DNA of 64,000 nt from contig JBAZGD010000002.1 of the NCBI GenBank assembly GCA_041653055.1, forward strand, positions 13,751-77,750, in the 5' to 3' direction. Shown here piece after piece: positions 18,033 through 27,912 of the stretch; within the stretch, counting starts at the first letter, position 1; each line of letters opens with the position of its first letter. The stretch comes from Candidatus Omnitrophota bacterium (GTDB lineage: Bacteria; Omnitrophota; Gorgyraeia; Gygaellales; Profunditerraquicolaceae). The notes beneath the pieces were generated by a model. That model was not told the origin of the DNA. It worked only from the letters and a program-made list of their open reading frames with translations, and ran no database searches. The translations under genes and the position numbers were made by a program.

Positions 18033-19206
18033 AACTCTCCTTCAAAAGTTCAGGCTTTAGGTCAATGAATTCCCCCTGCTTCTCTTTACCGGTTAGAAGC
18101 CGGAAGATCTCTTTAATTGATTCCCTTGTGATATCTCGCCCGCCTAAACCTACTACAAAACTGCTTATAGTCTTAGGCGTCTTGGGCCTGCCGAAGAAAA
18201 CCGCTTTAATTTCAGCGGCAAGCGGGGCAAAAGAACCCAGGGAAAGCGCCCGGTCAATCACGGCAACCTTAGGTATATTCTTCAGGGCTTCGTATATATG
18301 GCTTGCCGGGAAAGGCCTTAAGGATGTTATTTTAAGCAGCCCTACCTTCTTGCCCTTCTTTCTCAACTCATCTACCACATCCTTGACCGTCCCGCAGACT
18401 GAACCCATAGCCACAATCACGCGTTCTGCATCTTTCATCTGATAGCCTTCTATCAAACCATTATAATTACGCCCGAAGACTTTAGAAAACTCACTGGTAA
18501 TCTTAGGTATAAGCGCCAGGGCTTCTTTGTGGGTTTCGTTAAGGGCAAAACGCGCCTCTGTATAAAACTCCGGGTCAACTAAAGGCCCTAAGGTCAGGGG
18601 GTTTGTTATGTCTAATTTATAAGGGGCCTTGTAGGGAGGGAGGAATTTATCCACCTCTTCCTGGGAAGGCATATTTACAGTCTCTAATCCGTGCGTGAGA
18701 ATAAAACCATCCACGCATACCATAACCGGAAGCATGATAGATTTATCCTCCCCTAATCTATAAGCGATAAGATGCAGATCTACCGCCTCCTGAATATCCT
18801 CGGCATGAAATTGAATCCATCCCGAATCACGCAAAGAAACGACATCCTGATGGTCATTCCAGATATTAATCGGCGCGGATATTGCGCGCGCGGCAGTGGT
18901 CATAATTACCGGAAGGCGCATACCCGCGATATTGTAAAGCACCTCTGCCATCAAAAACAGCCCCTGGGAACTTGTGGCGGTATAGCTACGGACACCGCAG
19001 GCAACCGAACCCAATACAGTCGAGGCTGCTGAATGCTCGCTCTCTACATTAACGAATTGGGCGTTAAGCTTTCCGTTTGCCACTATCTGAGCCAATTCTT
19101 CAACTATATGAGTCTGAGGGGTAATAGGGTAAGCGGAAATTACCCCCGGCTTGCAAAGCCTGACTATTTCGGCTACAGCTAAGGAACCCTCTAATAACTC
19201 TTTCAT
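18025..19206 (-). CDS. porA: pyruvate:ferredoxin oxidoreductase, alpha subunit
   Basis: MKELLEGSLAVAEIV…ISAYPITPQT…ESEHSAASTVLGS… is the PorA signature. Confidence 0.85.
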   Translation of the reverse strand: MKELLEGSLAVAEIVRLCKPGVISAYPITPQTHIVEELAQIVANGKLNAQFVNVESEHSAASTVLGSVACGVRSYTATSSQGLFLMAEVLYNIAGMRLPVIMTTAARAISAPINIWNDHQDVVSLRDSGWIQFHAEDIQEAVDLHLIAYRLGEDKSIMLPVMVCVDGFILTHGLETVNMPSQEEVDKFLPPYKAPYKLDITNPLTLGPLVDPEFYTEARFALNETHKEALALIPKITSEFSKVFGRNYNGLIEGYQMKDAERVIVAMGSVCGTVKDVVDELRKKGKKVGLLKITSLRPFPASHIYEALKNIPKVAVIDRALSLGSFAPLAAEIKAVFFGRPKTPKTISSFVVGLGGRDITRESIKEIFRLLTGKEKQGEFIDLKPELLKESYE

Positions 19207-19469
19207 ACGCTATCTTCCTTGACCATTTCAATATCTTTTTTAGGGCAGACCGCGGCACAATTACCGCAACCCTTGCAGAAATCAGGGTCAAAATCATAAC
19301 TATTCTTGCCTTGCCCGGTTATACAAGCCTCGGGGCAGACAATCAAACACATATTACAGGCGATGCATTCTTTTTTAAGGAACTTAGGCCGCAATTCAGT
19401 GCGCCACGGGCCGGTCTTATTGTTCCTGCTTGACCCGGGCTTACATACCAATGGACCGAACATAATCAA
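19203..19469 (-). CDS. porD: pyruvate:ferredoxin oxidoreductase, delta subunit (2x[4Fe-4S] ferredoxin)
   Basis: 88 aa with CIACNMCLIVCP and CKGCGNCAAVCP. Confidence 0.85.
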   Translation of the reverse strand: MIMFGPLVCKPGSSRNNKTGPWRTELRPKFLKKECIACNMCLIVCPEACITGQGKNSYDFDPDFCKGCGNCAAVCPKKDIEMVKEDSV

Positions 19470-19992
19470 ATCCTTCCTTTGCCGCTTTAATGTTTGCTTC
19501 TTGTAATTTCAAATCAAACCTGTGTTTAATAGCGGAATTCAAATCTTCCAGGCTCAATTCTTTTGTAGCCGCACAAAAAGCCCCCAGCATAGCGGTATTA
19601 CCTAAGGGCCGTCCTATATGCCTTAAGGCAATTTCATTAGCAGGCACAAGATAGGCTTTCTGTTTAGCCTTAATTTTCGGGACTTCAATTGCGCCTTCCT
19701 TAGCGCTAATAATGGCAACGCCGTCTTCTTTCAATCCCGAGAAACAGTTAAAGCCTCTCATAATAGTATGGTCCACTATTAATAAATAATTAGGCTCGTA
19801 AATCTGGCTTCTTAAACGGACAGGGCTAGAGTCAACGCGCACAAAGGCATTCATAGGCGCGCCCATACGGGCAGCGCCAAAACTGGGGAAGGCATAAGGA
19901 TACATACCCTTTAAAAAATAGGCATATCCTAACAATGAAGCTGTAGTTATTGCCCCCTGGCCTGCGCGGGCATGGATACGTATTTCTTTCAA
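19441..19992 (-). CDS. porG: pyruvate:ferredoxin oxidoreductase, gamma subunit
   Basis: MKEIRIHARAGQGAITTASLL… is the PorG signature. TTG start at 19992 with SD AAGGGGAG at -9. Confidence 0.85.
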   Translation of the reverse strand: MKEIRIHARAGQGAITTASLLGYAYFLKGMYPYAFPSFGAARMGAPMNAFVRVDSSPVRLRSQIYEPNYLLIVDHTIMRGFNCFSGLKEDGVAIISAKEGAIEVPKIKAKQKAYLVPANEIALRHIGRPLGNTAMLGAFCAATKELSLEDLNSAIKHRFDLKLQEANIKAAKEGFDYVRSIGM

Positions 19993-20029
19993 TTCTTTTA
20001 TCTCCCCTTAAAAGTAAAAATGCTTAAGT

Positions 20030-20058
20030 ATGATATAACCTTTCTTGTGGTTTGTCAA
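20030..20058 (-). promoter_or_regulatory. candidate sigma70-type promoter for the porGDAB operon
   Basis: Minus strand: TTGACA (20058..20053), 17-nt spacer, TATCAT (20035..20030). About 40 nt upstream of the porG start. Confidence 0.4.
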
Positions 20059-20069
20059 ATAATTTATTT

Positions 20070-21110
20070 TTAGAAGTTTTTTCTGATAAAATCAGAGGTT
20101 TCATTAAGAAGGCTGAATATCCTTTCAGCTTTCTGCGCTGCGAAGGTCCCCAGCCCGCAGGCAGGAGAGATAAGAAGCCTCTCCTTAAGCAATCGCTCGT
20201 CTACCCCCTTCTTCACCAGGCTATCTATCCCCTGGCGGATCCTGCGGATTAAAAGCGCTACGTCTTCCTGTCCGGTAAACTCTTTAGTCGGGACAATACC
20301 CCAGCAGATAACCCCTCCCCTGCTTAAAAAAGACCTGATATCATCGGCATAAAGCACAAACTTATCCAGGTAATCAAAAGCGTCAAAACTTATTATATCA
20401 ATATCTTTGGAACCGGTAAATATAGACCAGTCCGTATTCCCGCAACAATGTACCCCCAGCATAACCGACTCAGATTTAAGCCCGTCGGTGAATTCTGCCA
20501 GGGAGCTTACTACACCCCCCTTATCTAAAGGAGTATAGGCGGAACCAAAACACCCAAGATAAGGCTCATCAATAAACATGGCCATTTTCTTGCCGAACTC
20601 CTTAAACATATCAAGCTGCCAAAACGCCTTCATATTTAAAGACTTTATTACCGCCTGCATAAATACCTTATCATGCATAAGGGCTACCCCATTTTCATCA
20701 TTAACTGCCGCGGCAAAGGTAAACGGCCCGGTAACCTGGAGTTTAATTAATTCAACCTTAGAAAACGCCTCCCCTTTAAGCCTTTCGTAAAACCTGTAAA
20801 GTCCAGGAGCATATTCCCGGCTTATCTTAAAATAGTCTAAATCATTGGCAATAGCCTTTTCATAGAATTTCTCAAGCTCGCCCTCCTTGTCCCGGGGATC
20901 AAAATAAACACCTGAATCGCCAAATCTTAGACAAGGCATATTTTCGCTAAATTGGGCCACCATCCCCTCGCGCAAATCACGCTGAGGCAATTGGGGCCAG
21001 AAAGGAATACCGGGAAGGTCCTTGAATATCAAATCAAGCGCGAGGTCTGCGTCCTGATGAGGCAGGCTTCCTATGCCAGTAGCTAAACCCTTTAGACTGC
21101 GCATAATCAA
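20070..21110 (-). CDS. MetE C-terminal-domain-like (core cobalamin-independent methionine synthase / URO-D superfamily) protein
   Basis: 346 aa. …GIGSLPHQD… N-terminus and the zinc-ligand-like motif GVHCCGNTDW resemble the catalytic domain of MetE / core-MetE methyltransferases. Confidence 0.5.
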   Translation of the reverse strand: MIMRSLKGLATGIGSLPHQDADLALDLIFKDLPGIPFWPQLPQRDLREGMVAQFSENMPCLRFGDSGVYFDPRDKEGELEKFYEKAIANDLDYFKISREYAPGLYRFYERLKGEAFSKVELIKLQVTGPFTFAAAVNDENGVALMHDKVFMQAVIKSLNMKAFWQLDMFKEFGKKMAMFIDEPYLGCFGSAYTPLDKGGVVSSLAEFTDGLKSESVMLGVHCCGNTDWSIFTGSKDIDIISFDAFDYLDKFVLYADDIRSFLSRGGVICWGIVPTKEFTGQEDVALLIRRIRQGIDSLVKKGVDERLLKERLLISPACGLGTFAAQKAERIFSLLNETSDFIRKNF

Positions 21111-21733
21111 ATACCCAAGCTTTCTTGGCAGAGGATAAACTTAACCCTGCCGGGATTAATTTCTGCTTCTATAATTAAGGTCTGGCAGCACATTCTCCTG
21201 TACCGGGGGGATAAACATATATCCTTTTGGCAGGACCCTTTATCCAGGCAAGCCGAACCCCAATTAAGCCGCTTACAATTTAAAGGGGCAACATATTCCC
21301 TGGCCCGAGTTAACGCCGCATTAAGATCATTGGTAATTTTATTCATTCCGCAAACTATAATTAAATTCTTGGCATTAGCTATACCTGCGCTCCTGTGCCC
21401 AAAGGCGCTCAAAAAAACAAGCTCCCCATCGCAAGATACGGCGTTAGCGCTAGTTAAATAATAATCGGCTCCTATCCCAAGCTGCCTCAGCCTCATGCCC
21501 TCTTCTTTGTCTGCGCCTAAGCCGTATTGATCAAAAACCCTGACCCCCCGGCCCTTAAGCATTTCAACAAGATTCAGTTCCTGAAGGGTTTTTGATCCGG
21601 AGATCCCGACGCTAGAATCAAATGGAATCAATTCCGAAACCTTATCCTTTACACCCTGGGCATTAGCACAATAAAACGCGCTTATATTCCTCTTGGCTAA
21701 ATTATTGATTAATTCCATCTGACGGTCATTCAT
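21107..21733 (-). CDS. LUD-domain protein (LutC/YkgG lactate-utilisation family)
   Basis: 208 aa. …VGISGSKTL…YYLTSANAVSCDGELVFLS… pattern of LUD domains. Cys-rich C-terminus. Confidence 0.45.
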   Translation of the reverse strand: MNDRQMELINNLAKRNISAFYCANAQGVKDKVSELIPFDSSVGISGSKTLQELNLVEMLKGRGVRVFDQYGLGADKEEGMRLRQLGIGADYYLTSANAVSCDGELVFLSAFGHRSAGIANAKNLIIVCGMNKITNDLNAALTRAREYVAPLNCKRLNWGSACLDKGSCQKDICLSPRYRRMCCQTLIIEAEINPGRVKFILCQESLGI

Positions 21734-22239
21734 GGATCTATTCCTGCCTCAGAAAGTAATTCTTTTAATCTGGCCTCCGGTAAAGTGTTGCCCTTAAATA
21801 TTATTTTACCTTCTTTGCTTATAAAAAAATAGGTAGGGACTCCCAGGACGTTATAGCCGTAGGCAACATGGGCATCACGGTCAAGAAGGCTCTTAAACCC
21901 CAGATCAAGGCCTTCTACGAAACTTCTTACCTTTTGCGTGGACTCTCCGGTATTTATAGACAATATCTCAATGCCTGTATCCTTATATGACCGGTAACTA
22001 TCTTTTAATGATTTTAACGCAGCCCTGCAATAAGGGCACCAGGTGGTCCAGAATATCAGAATAACCGGTTTAACTCCTCTATAATCGCTCAAGGAGACTG
22101 GATTGCCCCCAAGATCATTTAAGTTAAATTCCGGGGCTAAATCACGGCCCTGGGCAATAGCAAGATCTTTCCCCGGGCTGCATCCCGAGGCCATTAAGAA
22201 AATTAATAATATTAATAAATAACCCTTTCCCTTCCTCAT
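21730..22239 (-). CDS. TlpA/ResA-like periplasmic thiol:disulfide oxidoreductase (thioredoxin fold)
   Basis: Lipoprotein-like signal (…LMASGCSP), thioredoxin motif WCPYC. Confidence 0.75.
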   Translation of the reverse strand: MRKGKGYLLILLIFLMASGCSPGKDLAIAQGRDLAPEFNLNDLGGNPVSLSDYRGVKPVILIFWTTWCPYCRAALKSLKDSYRSYKDTGIEILSINTGESTQKVRSFVEGLDLGFKSLLDRDAHVAYGYNVLGVPTYFFISKEGKIIFKGNTLPEARLKELLSEAGIDP

Positions 22240-22914
22240 TTACCCTATCCTTATTACTCCTTTATAAATAAAATAGGCGCCCATAGAAACCAATATTAAC
22301 CCCGACGCCTTTTGAAAGTATACCATCCACTTACCGGGCTTTAATACGTTACTCAATAAGCCCGCGAATATCCCTGAAAAAATAAGTATTAATCCCATAC
22401 CATAAGCAAAAACGGCCAAAAGGCTTGCTCCGTAGAATATATTCTTCCTGGTAGCAAGATAGGAAAGTATCGAAGCCAAAACCGGAGTAAGGCAGGGAGA
22501 GATAATAAAACCCGAGGTTATGCCTAAAAAGAAAATGGACAGGTATTTTCTGCCTTTAAAAAACGCGGGCCTCAACCCCGGATTTATATTAGGGGGGGTG
22601 AAAAATAATCCAAGCATGGAAAAACCAAAGATAACTATGACCAGCCCTACGGCGATATTGGTTAAGGGATGGCTGCTTATACTACCGAAAAGCCTGCCGG
22701 TTAAAGATGCAGCTACTCCTAGAATTGAATAAGTTAAGGCTATGCCGCTTACATAGACCAGGCTTAAGATAAATCCTCCGGACCTTGGCTTACCCTCAAC
22801 TCCGATATAACCCAAGATTACCGGGACCAAAGGATAAACGCAGGGAGTAAAACTAACCGTTACGCCGCCTAAAAAAGCCAAAATATAATCCAAGGGATTA
22901 CCTGAGAGATTCAT
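22240..22914 (-). CDS. ccdA: cytochrome c-type biogenesis / thiol:disulfide interchange membrane protein CcdA (DsbD family)
   Basis: Polytopic membrane protein with the two conserved Cys in TM segments (…FTPCVYPLVP… and …IISPCLTP…). Confidence 0.8.
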   Translation of the reverse strand: MNLSGNPLDYILAFLGGVTVSFTPCVYPLVPVILGYIGVEGKPRSGGFILSLVYVSGIALTYSILGVAASLTGRLFGSISSHPLTNIAVGLVIVIFGFSMLGLFFTPPNINPGLRPAFFKGRKYLSIFFLGITSGFIISPCLTPVLASILSYLATRKNIFYGASLLAVFAYGMGLILIFSGIFAGLLSNVLKPGKWMVYFQKASGLILVSMGAYFIYKGVIRIG

Positions 22915-23209
22915 CTATCCAATTTAAATACGGCTTAAAACCTGAAACTACGGGTAAACTGATTATTTCGGGGACCTTATAGCTATGCATCGATTTTACC
23001 AGCTTTACAAGCATAGGCACTAATGCCTTCTTGGACTTTATAATTAAAAGGACCTCGCTGGCCTTATCAATCTTGCCCTGCCACCAGAATAAAGATTCCA
23101 CCTTACCCGTAATATTAACGCAGGCGGCAAGCTTATTCTTAATTAAGGCATTCGCGATCTTGCGGGCATCTTTTTTATCCGGGGCAGTCACCAATACCAG
23201 GCTGTACAT
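22898..23209 (-). CDS. cutA: divalent-cation tolerance protein CutA (PII-like)
   Basis: MYSLVLVTAPDKKDARKIANALIKNKLAACVNI…ESLFWWQGKI… is the CutA1 signature. The ORF track starts 7 codons earlier, overlapping the upstream gene. Confidence 0.75.
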   Translation of the reverse strand: MYSLVLVTAPDKKDARKIANALIKNKLAACVNITGKVESLFWWQGKIDKASEVLLIIKSKKALVPMLVKLVKSMHSYKVPEIISLPVVSGFKPYLNWIDESLR

Positions 23210-23213
23210 TTTT

Positions 23214-23459
23214 CTAAACCCCCTCCTCATCTATTTTAACCGATCTGATCCTGCCGAATTGAGAACATATATCAAAAACAAGCGCAGGATCCTCGGTGCT
23301 CATATTAACAATAAAATTACTCCCCTTTTCCTGCCTGCCTGAAGATTCCTGAATATTAAATTTATCCCCGAATTCAGCCAGGGCATTCTTAACCGCCTGC
23401 AGGGAAGTATTATAAACATGCAACGTAAACTCTAATTTGTACCTTTGCGAAAGGCTCAT
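23214..23459 (-). CDS. hypothetical small protein (81 aa), predicted beta-alpha-beta-beta-alpha-beta fold
   Basis: No recognisable motif. Alternating hydrophobic strand and amphipathic helix pattern. Reading-frame overlap with both neighbours suggests co-translation. Confidence 0.35.
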   Translation of the reverse strand: MSLSQRYKLEFTLHVYNTSLQAVKNALAEFGDKFNIQESSGRQEKGSNFIVNMSTEDPALVFDICSQFGRIRSVKIDEEGV

Positions 23460-24193
23460 TTAAGCATCATCACCGAGATCATCCTCCCGCAGGCTGGCCC
23501 CTCCTTGCGAAAAGAAAAGAATTCGTCGTTATGGCAGAAAGTACAGGCCTGGGGAGGAAAGATATGCTCTTTTTTAACCCCCGCCACAAGAAGCTCTTTA
23601 GTATTAACCTCTGCCAGATCCAGATAAAGGCGCGCGCCTTCTTCCCTCAGGCCGTCAGAAAAATATTCCTTAAAATCTTTGGAGACCTCATAGCAGCACC
23701 CTCTTATGCTGGAGCCGAAACCTGCGTATAAGTTATCCGGCCGGGCATTAAACTTCTCCCGCATTAACCCTATGGCCCTTGAAATGATCCTTGCCTTTGA
23801 GCTACGCCAACCGCAATGCACCAGCCCTATAGAAGGCGTAAGGGGATCGTAAATAAAAACCGAAAGGCAATCGGCGGTAAACACGGATATTGGTATATTC
23901 TTTTTGTCCGTAATAAACCCGTCGGTATCCGCGATAGATCCTCCGTATGCGCTGGCTCCGCTTCCCCTGTCTTCCTCAGTTACATACCTTATGCTATCAC
24001 CGTGTATCTGCCGGGCGCAAACTAAATCCCGGTAATCAATGCCTAAGCTGCTTAAGAAAATCCTGCGGTTATTTAAAGCCTCGGATGCCTCTCCGTAATA
24101 CAATGACATATTCCCGTGCTTGCGCCCGCTAAAGGCAATGATAAGATTGGGTTCATTCGGAAATCCGGACAAGCTTACACCTCGCTTTTTCAC
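23456..24193 (-). CDS. pgeF: purine nucleoside phosphorylase / peptidoglycan editing factor PgeF (YfiH, Cu-oxidase_4 family)
   Basis: …FTADCLSVFIYDP…GLVHCGWRS…CTFC… are conserved YfiH/LACC1 motifs. Confidence 0.8.
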   Translation of the reverse strand: MKKRGVSLSGFPNEPNLIIAFSGRKHGNMSLYYGEASEALNNRRIFLSSLGIDYRDLVCARQIHGDSIRYVTEEDRGSGASAYGGSIADTDGFITDKKNIPISVFTADCLSVFIYDPLTPSIGLVHCGWRSSKARIISRAIGLMREKFNARPDNLYAGFGSSIRGCCYEVSKDFKEYFSDGLREEGARLYLDLAEVNTKELLVAGVKKEHIFPPQACTFCHNDEFFSFRKEGPACGRMISVMMLK

Positions 24194-24374
24194 CCTTGAT
24201 GATATTAACCAGGTACTTTTTAACCCCCAAATACTCAGCCAGCCTTTTTACAAGCTCTTCATTAGCCTGCCCTTCTATCGCCGGCCTGGTAAGATAAACC
24301 TTAAAACTTTTCTCTGACTCCCGCTTGATCAAATTCCTACTGGCCCTTGGAACTACCCGCACATTAATAACCAT
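24153..24374 (-). CDS. DUF167 / YggU family protein
   Basis: …VRVVPRASRN…VYLTRPAIEGQANEELVKRLAEYLGV… matches UPF0235. The YggU-YfiH pairing is common. Confidence 0.7.
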   Translation of the reverse strand: MVINVRVVPRASRNLIKRESEKSFKVYLTRPAIEGQANEELVKRLAEYLGVKKYLVNIIKGEKARCKLVRISE

Positions 24375-24377
24375 TGG

Positions 24378-25313
24378 TTATTTACCGGTTCCGATCTGCC
24401 TATGCTCCTGTATATTAACAAATTTATCCGTCAACCTAACCAAGCGCTTTGAACTATCAAGGTATTTAGCATTAGCATTACTCAAATGCCCTCCCAAAAT
24501 ATCAAACTCCTCCTTAAACTTATCCACCTCTATCCCCAGCGCGCTTAAGGATTTTAAGATAGCCTTAGCATTCTCTTCAACCTCCAGCCCTTTTAACCCC
24601 AGGCAGATTACCTGCAAATAGGCATAGAATGTATTGGGAGAAACAGGAATGACCTTTTTACTTAAGGCATAAGAAAAAACGTCCTCCTTGACAATAACCT
24701 CATAGTAAACATTCTCGGCGGGAATATACATAAGCGCAAAATCATAGGTATTCTCGGCAGGGAGTATATATTTTGAAGAGACCTCATCAATACGGTTCTT
24801 TACATCTTGAATAAATTTCTTCCTGAATAACGCCTTGGATTGCTCCTCATCCGTATCCAGCATCTTCTGAAAATTTTCCAAGCTGAACTTTGCATCCACA
24901 GGGACTAAGCGTTCGCCCAGCTTAATAACCGCGTCCACCGTATCGCCGGTCTTAAAACGATACTGGGCCATATAATGCTGCTTGGGCAAAACCTGAGATA
25001 ATAGATTCTCCAGCAGGGTTTCGCCCATAGCCCCTCTAAATTTTGGGGCCCGCAAAAGCTCCTGCAGGCTTGAGATATTCCGGCTTATATCAACTATCTG
25101 CCTGTTGGTAACCTCAAGCTTTCCCAATTGTTCCTTAACATTGCCGAAGGCGCTTACAGTACTGCCTAGATTCTGGGAAATTATCTTATTAGCCTCCTGC
25201 AGGGCCTGGTTCATCTGGTTAAGCCTGTCATTCATCTGGCCGGATATCCTCAATACCAATAAAAGCGCTCCGGCAGACAAAGCCAATAATAATATTCCAA
25301 ATGCCCAGTTCAT
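24378..25313 (-). CDS. rmuC: DNA recombination protein RmuC
   Basis: N-terminal TM plus coiled coil, then …FRGAMGETLLENLL… and the …MYIPAENVYYE… nuclease-like core. Confidence 0.8.
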   Translation of the reverse strand: MNWAFGILLLALSAGALLLVLRISGQMNDRLNQMNQALQEANKIISQNLGSTVSAFGNVKEQLGKLEVTNRQIVDISRNISSLQELLRAPKFRGAMGETLLENLLSQVLPKQHYMAQYRFKTGDTVDAVIKLGERLVPVDAKFSLENFQKMLDTDEEQSKALFRKKFIQDVKNRIDEVSSKYILPAENTYDFALMYIPAENVYYEVIVKEDVFSYALSKKVIPVSPNTFYAYLQVICLGLKGLEVEENAKAILKSLSALGIEVDKFKEEFDILGGHLSNANAKYLDSSKRLVRLTDKFVNIQEHRQIGTGK

Positions 25314-25362
25314 CTCTTCTCCATGCTAGATGTTAACTAATTATATCACAGGGCAAATTTTA

Positions 25363-26082
25363 TCAAAGCAAATATTCTTTTTTTATCCTTTTAACGCTTC
25401 TGAATATATTAGTTTTAACTTCGGGGCATACCTTCTCTAACTCCCCTATTATCCTGGCCATCTTCCGGCGGTTAGAAAGGGATGAACGCGGGCAGGCACA
25501 CATATCATGAGGAATATTCTCCTCGCGCGCAAAAGACCTGATCATGCGCTCTTCAACATAAGCAAGCGGGCGTATAATAGTAATCTTGCCCCTAAACAGC
25601 TCCTGTTTAGGGGACATCGCCGAAATCTCACCCTGGAAGAATAAATTCAACAAAATTGTCTCTGCTATATCGTCCTTATGGTGGCCGAATGCTATTTTGG
25701 TGCATTTTAAACGGTGCGATGCCTCAAAAATAGCCTTCCTCCTGTTCCAGGAACACCAAAAACAATTAATATCTTTCCTTTTTGTGTTCTTAAGCAGGTT
25801 TAGTTTTTCAATATAATACCTAACCCCTGTTTTCTCCAGGTATTTCCTTACCTTGGGAGAACTGGGCTTAGGATAACCTGAATCGATATGGATAGCAACG
25901 ACCTCATATTTAATCGGGACAAATTTCATGCGGTCAGTTAAAACACGCAAAAGGGTCATGCTGTCCTTGCCGCCCGATACTGCTACCGCAATCTTATCGC
26001 CGTCAGAAAGCATCTTATAATCCATGATTGCCTTCCCTACGCGTTTCGAAATATAGAACTCTTTTCCTTTTAACAAAGGCAT
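25363..26082 (-). CDS. ttcA: tRNA 2-thiocytidine(32) synthetase TtcA-like PP-loop ATPase
   Basis: PP-loop SGGKDSMTLL, CxxC motifs (CFWCSW…, C…C). Size 239 aa. Confidence 0.75.
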   Translation of the reverse strand: MPLLKGKEFYISKRVGKAIMDYKMLSDGDKIAVAVSGGKDSMTLLRVLTDRMKFVPIKYEVVAIHIDSGYPKPSSPKVRKYLEKTGVRYYIEKLNLLKNTKRKDINCFWCSWNRRKAIFEASHRLKCTKIAFGHHKDDIAETILLNLFFQGEISAMSPKQELFRGKITIIRPLAYVEERMIRSFAREENIPHDMCACPRSSLSNRRKMARIIGELEKVCPEVKTNIFRSVKRIKKEYLL

Positions 26083-26096
26083 TTAGGCATCCTTGT

Positions 26097-27905
26097 TTAT
26101 TTCCTGCCTGAGCCTGAAACCATAGCGCGGATATCGCTGGTAACCTGATGTTTTAACAAATCTTCTAACGGCATAGGGGCCCTTAAAGACCAATTAGCCC
26201 CTGATACCGTCCCGGGAGTATTAATACGATACTCATACGCATCTCTCTTAATTAACCCTGATGGATAGAGCCAATCAAAGATATTATTTATGCAAAAGAC
26301 TGAATTTACATCTAATACGAACCTTAAGATTGCCCGCATAGCCTCAGGGGCGCATTTCTCGCGCATAACACCGGGCAAGGCTAATAGTTTCCAAAGCTTC
26401 TCTTTCTCATGGAAACTATCTTTCCATAAACCTGCAAAGTCGCGGAGATGTTCCCTCGGAAGGGAGGCTGCGCACGAGAGTTCTTCCAGCAACTTATCCA
26501 CAGAATCAATCTCATCTCTCCAGCGCAACCTGCCATGCCTGGACAAAGCCAGGTTAAACAACCTTTCTTTCACTCTCTCAAAACCTATTGCGCGATGGTC
26601 GCTGCATTTGCGGATAAAAAGCGCCTCATCTACAGTCCCGGCCTCATTTTCCCACCAGGCAGCCCAATTAGTTGTATCGTGAGTAGAAAGCATGGTAACC
26701 GACAAGAAACGGTATTCTTCTTTATTTAAGAAATCGTGCCTTATGTTCCAATCCTTTACCCAGCGCTGCACGTCATTCCCCGGTATACCTAAATCTCTTA
26801 ATGTATCTGTGCAGATCAAGGGAATAATCCCTAAATCTTCAGCGCAAAGAAACATATCGCAGTTATCTATCATAAACTGGAGGATCTTCCTTCCGCGAGG
26901 CCCCCATAAAGATTCATCCGCAGGGTCAAAAAAACCGTTCAGCCCCTTATTTTCCAGGGGTTCATTATAAGGTATACTCCAAATACGAAACAGTCCGACC
27001 ACATGGTCTATGCGTAAAATATCATAGAAATTTCCTGCATATTTCAATTTCTCCTTAAGGTATACATACCCGCCCTCTTCAATCTTACCCCAATCATAAG
27101 TAGGCATACCCCAACGCTGCCCTAGCGCACAATACATATCCGGCGGCGCGCCTGCGGCAAGCTTTAGCTTAAAGAATTCAGGATGTTCCCAGACATCGCT
27201 TGAGTCCCTGGATACCAAAATAGGCAGATCCCCTTTTAGGCATATCCCTTTCCCACCGGCATATTCTTTGGCCTCTTTGAACTGTTCAAATAACTGCCAT
27301 TGCGCCCACTCCTGGAACCTGACCTCTTCGATATTATCTTTACGGAAATTCTCGAGGCTTTCCCTATCCCTCTCCTTATATTCCCTGGGCCAATCATACC
27401 AAGGCAACCCGTTATAGCGGATTTTAAGCGCTTTAAATAAAGAAAAACCGTAAAGCCAATATGCGTTTTCTTCCCTGAAACGCAACAGCCCCCGGGGCTC
27501 TTCCTGCCCCTGCATTAAAAATACCTCTCTTAAAATGCGCAGTTTCTCTTCCTTAACCGCATAATCGCAACTGCCGCTATCCAACGGGAAATTATTCTTG
27601 AGATTATCTATCTGCCTTTTTAAGGATTTATCCTTAGGCATAGGCAAGTCCCGCAGGCATATGTAGGCCGGCTCAAGGGCAAATGAGCTTAAGGCGTCAT
27701 AAGGGCAGAAAACAGGGCCCATTTCATTCATCGGCAAAAGCTGAAGTATGGAATGGCCCGTAAGCTTAACCCAGTCAATGAGCAGTTTCAGATCGCCGAA
27801 ATCAGCGATCCCGAAGCTTTTCTTTGAATAAACAGAAAAAAGCGGGATAAGGATTCCCGCTTTTCTATGTGACAGCATTTCTTTAAACTTAATTTTTTGC
27901 GTCAT
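26097..27905 (-). CDS. malQ: 4-alpha-glucanotransferase (amylomaltase, GH77)
   Basis: …KAGILIPLFSVYS…FGIGDFGDL…LLPMNE… and downstream GH77 catalytic-region motifs. Confidence 0.85.
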   Translation of the reverse strand: MTQKIKFKEMLSHRKAGILIPLFSVYSKKSFGIADFGDLKLLIDWVKLTGHSILQLLPMNEMGPVFCPYDALSSFALEPAYICLRDLPMPKDKSLKRQIDNLKNNFPLDSGSCDYAVKEEKLRILREVFLMQGQEEPRGLLRFREENAYWLYGFSLFKALKIRYNGLPWYDWPREYKERDRESLENFRKDNIEEVRFQEWAQWQLFEQFKEAKEYAGGKGICLKGDLPILVSRDSSDVWEHPEFFKLKLAAGAPPDMYCALGQRWGMPTYDWGKIEEGGYVYLKEKLKYAGNFYDILRIDHVVGLFRIWSIPYNEPLENKGLNGFFDPADESLWGPRGRKILQFMIDNCDMFLCAEDLGIIPLICTDTLRDLGIPGNDVQRWVKDWNIRHDFLNKEEYRFLSVTMLSTHDTTNWAAWWENEAGTVDEALFIRKCSDHRAIGFERVKERLFNLALSRHGRLRWRDEIDSVDKLLEELSCAASLPREHLRDFAGLWKDSFHEKEKLWKLLALPGVMREKCAPEAMRAILRFVLDVNSVFCINNIFDWLYPSGLIKRDAYEYRINTPGTVSGANWSLRAPMPLEDLLKHQVTSDIRAMVSGSGRK

Positions 27906-27912
27906 TAAGTTT

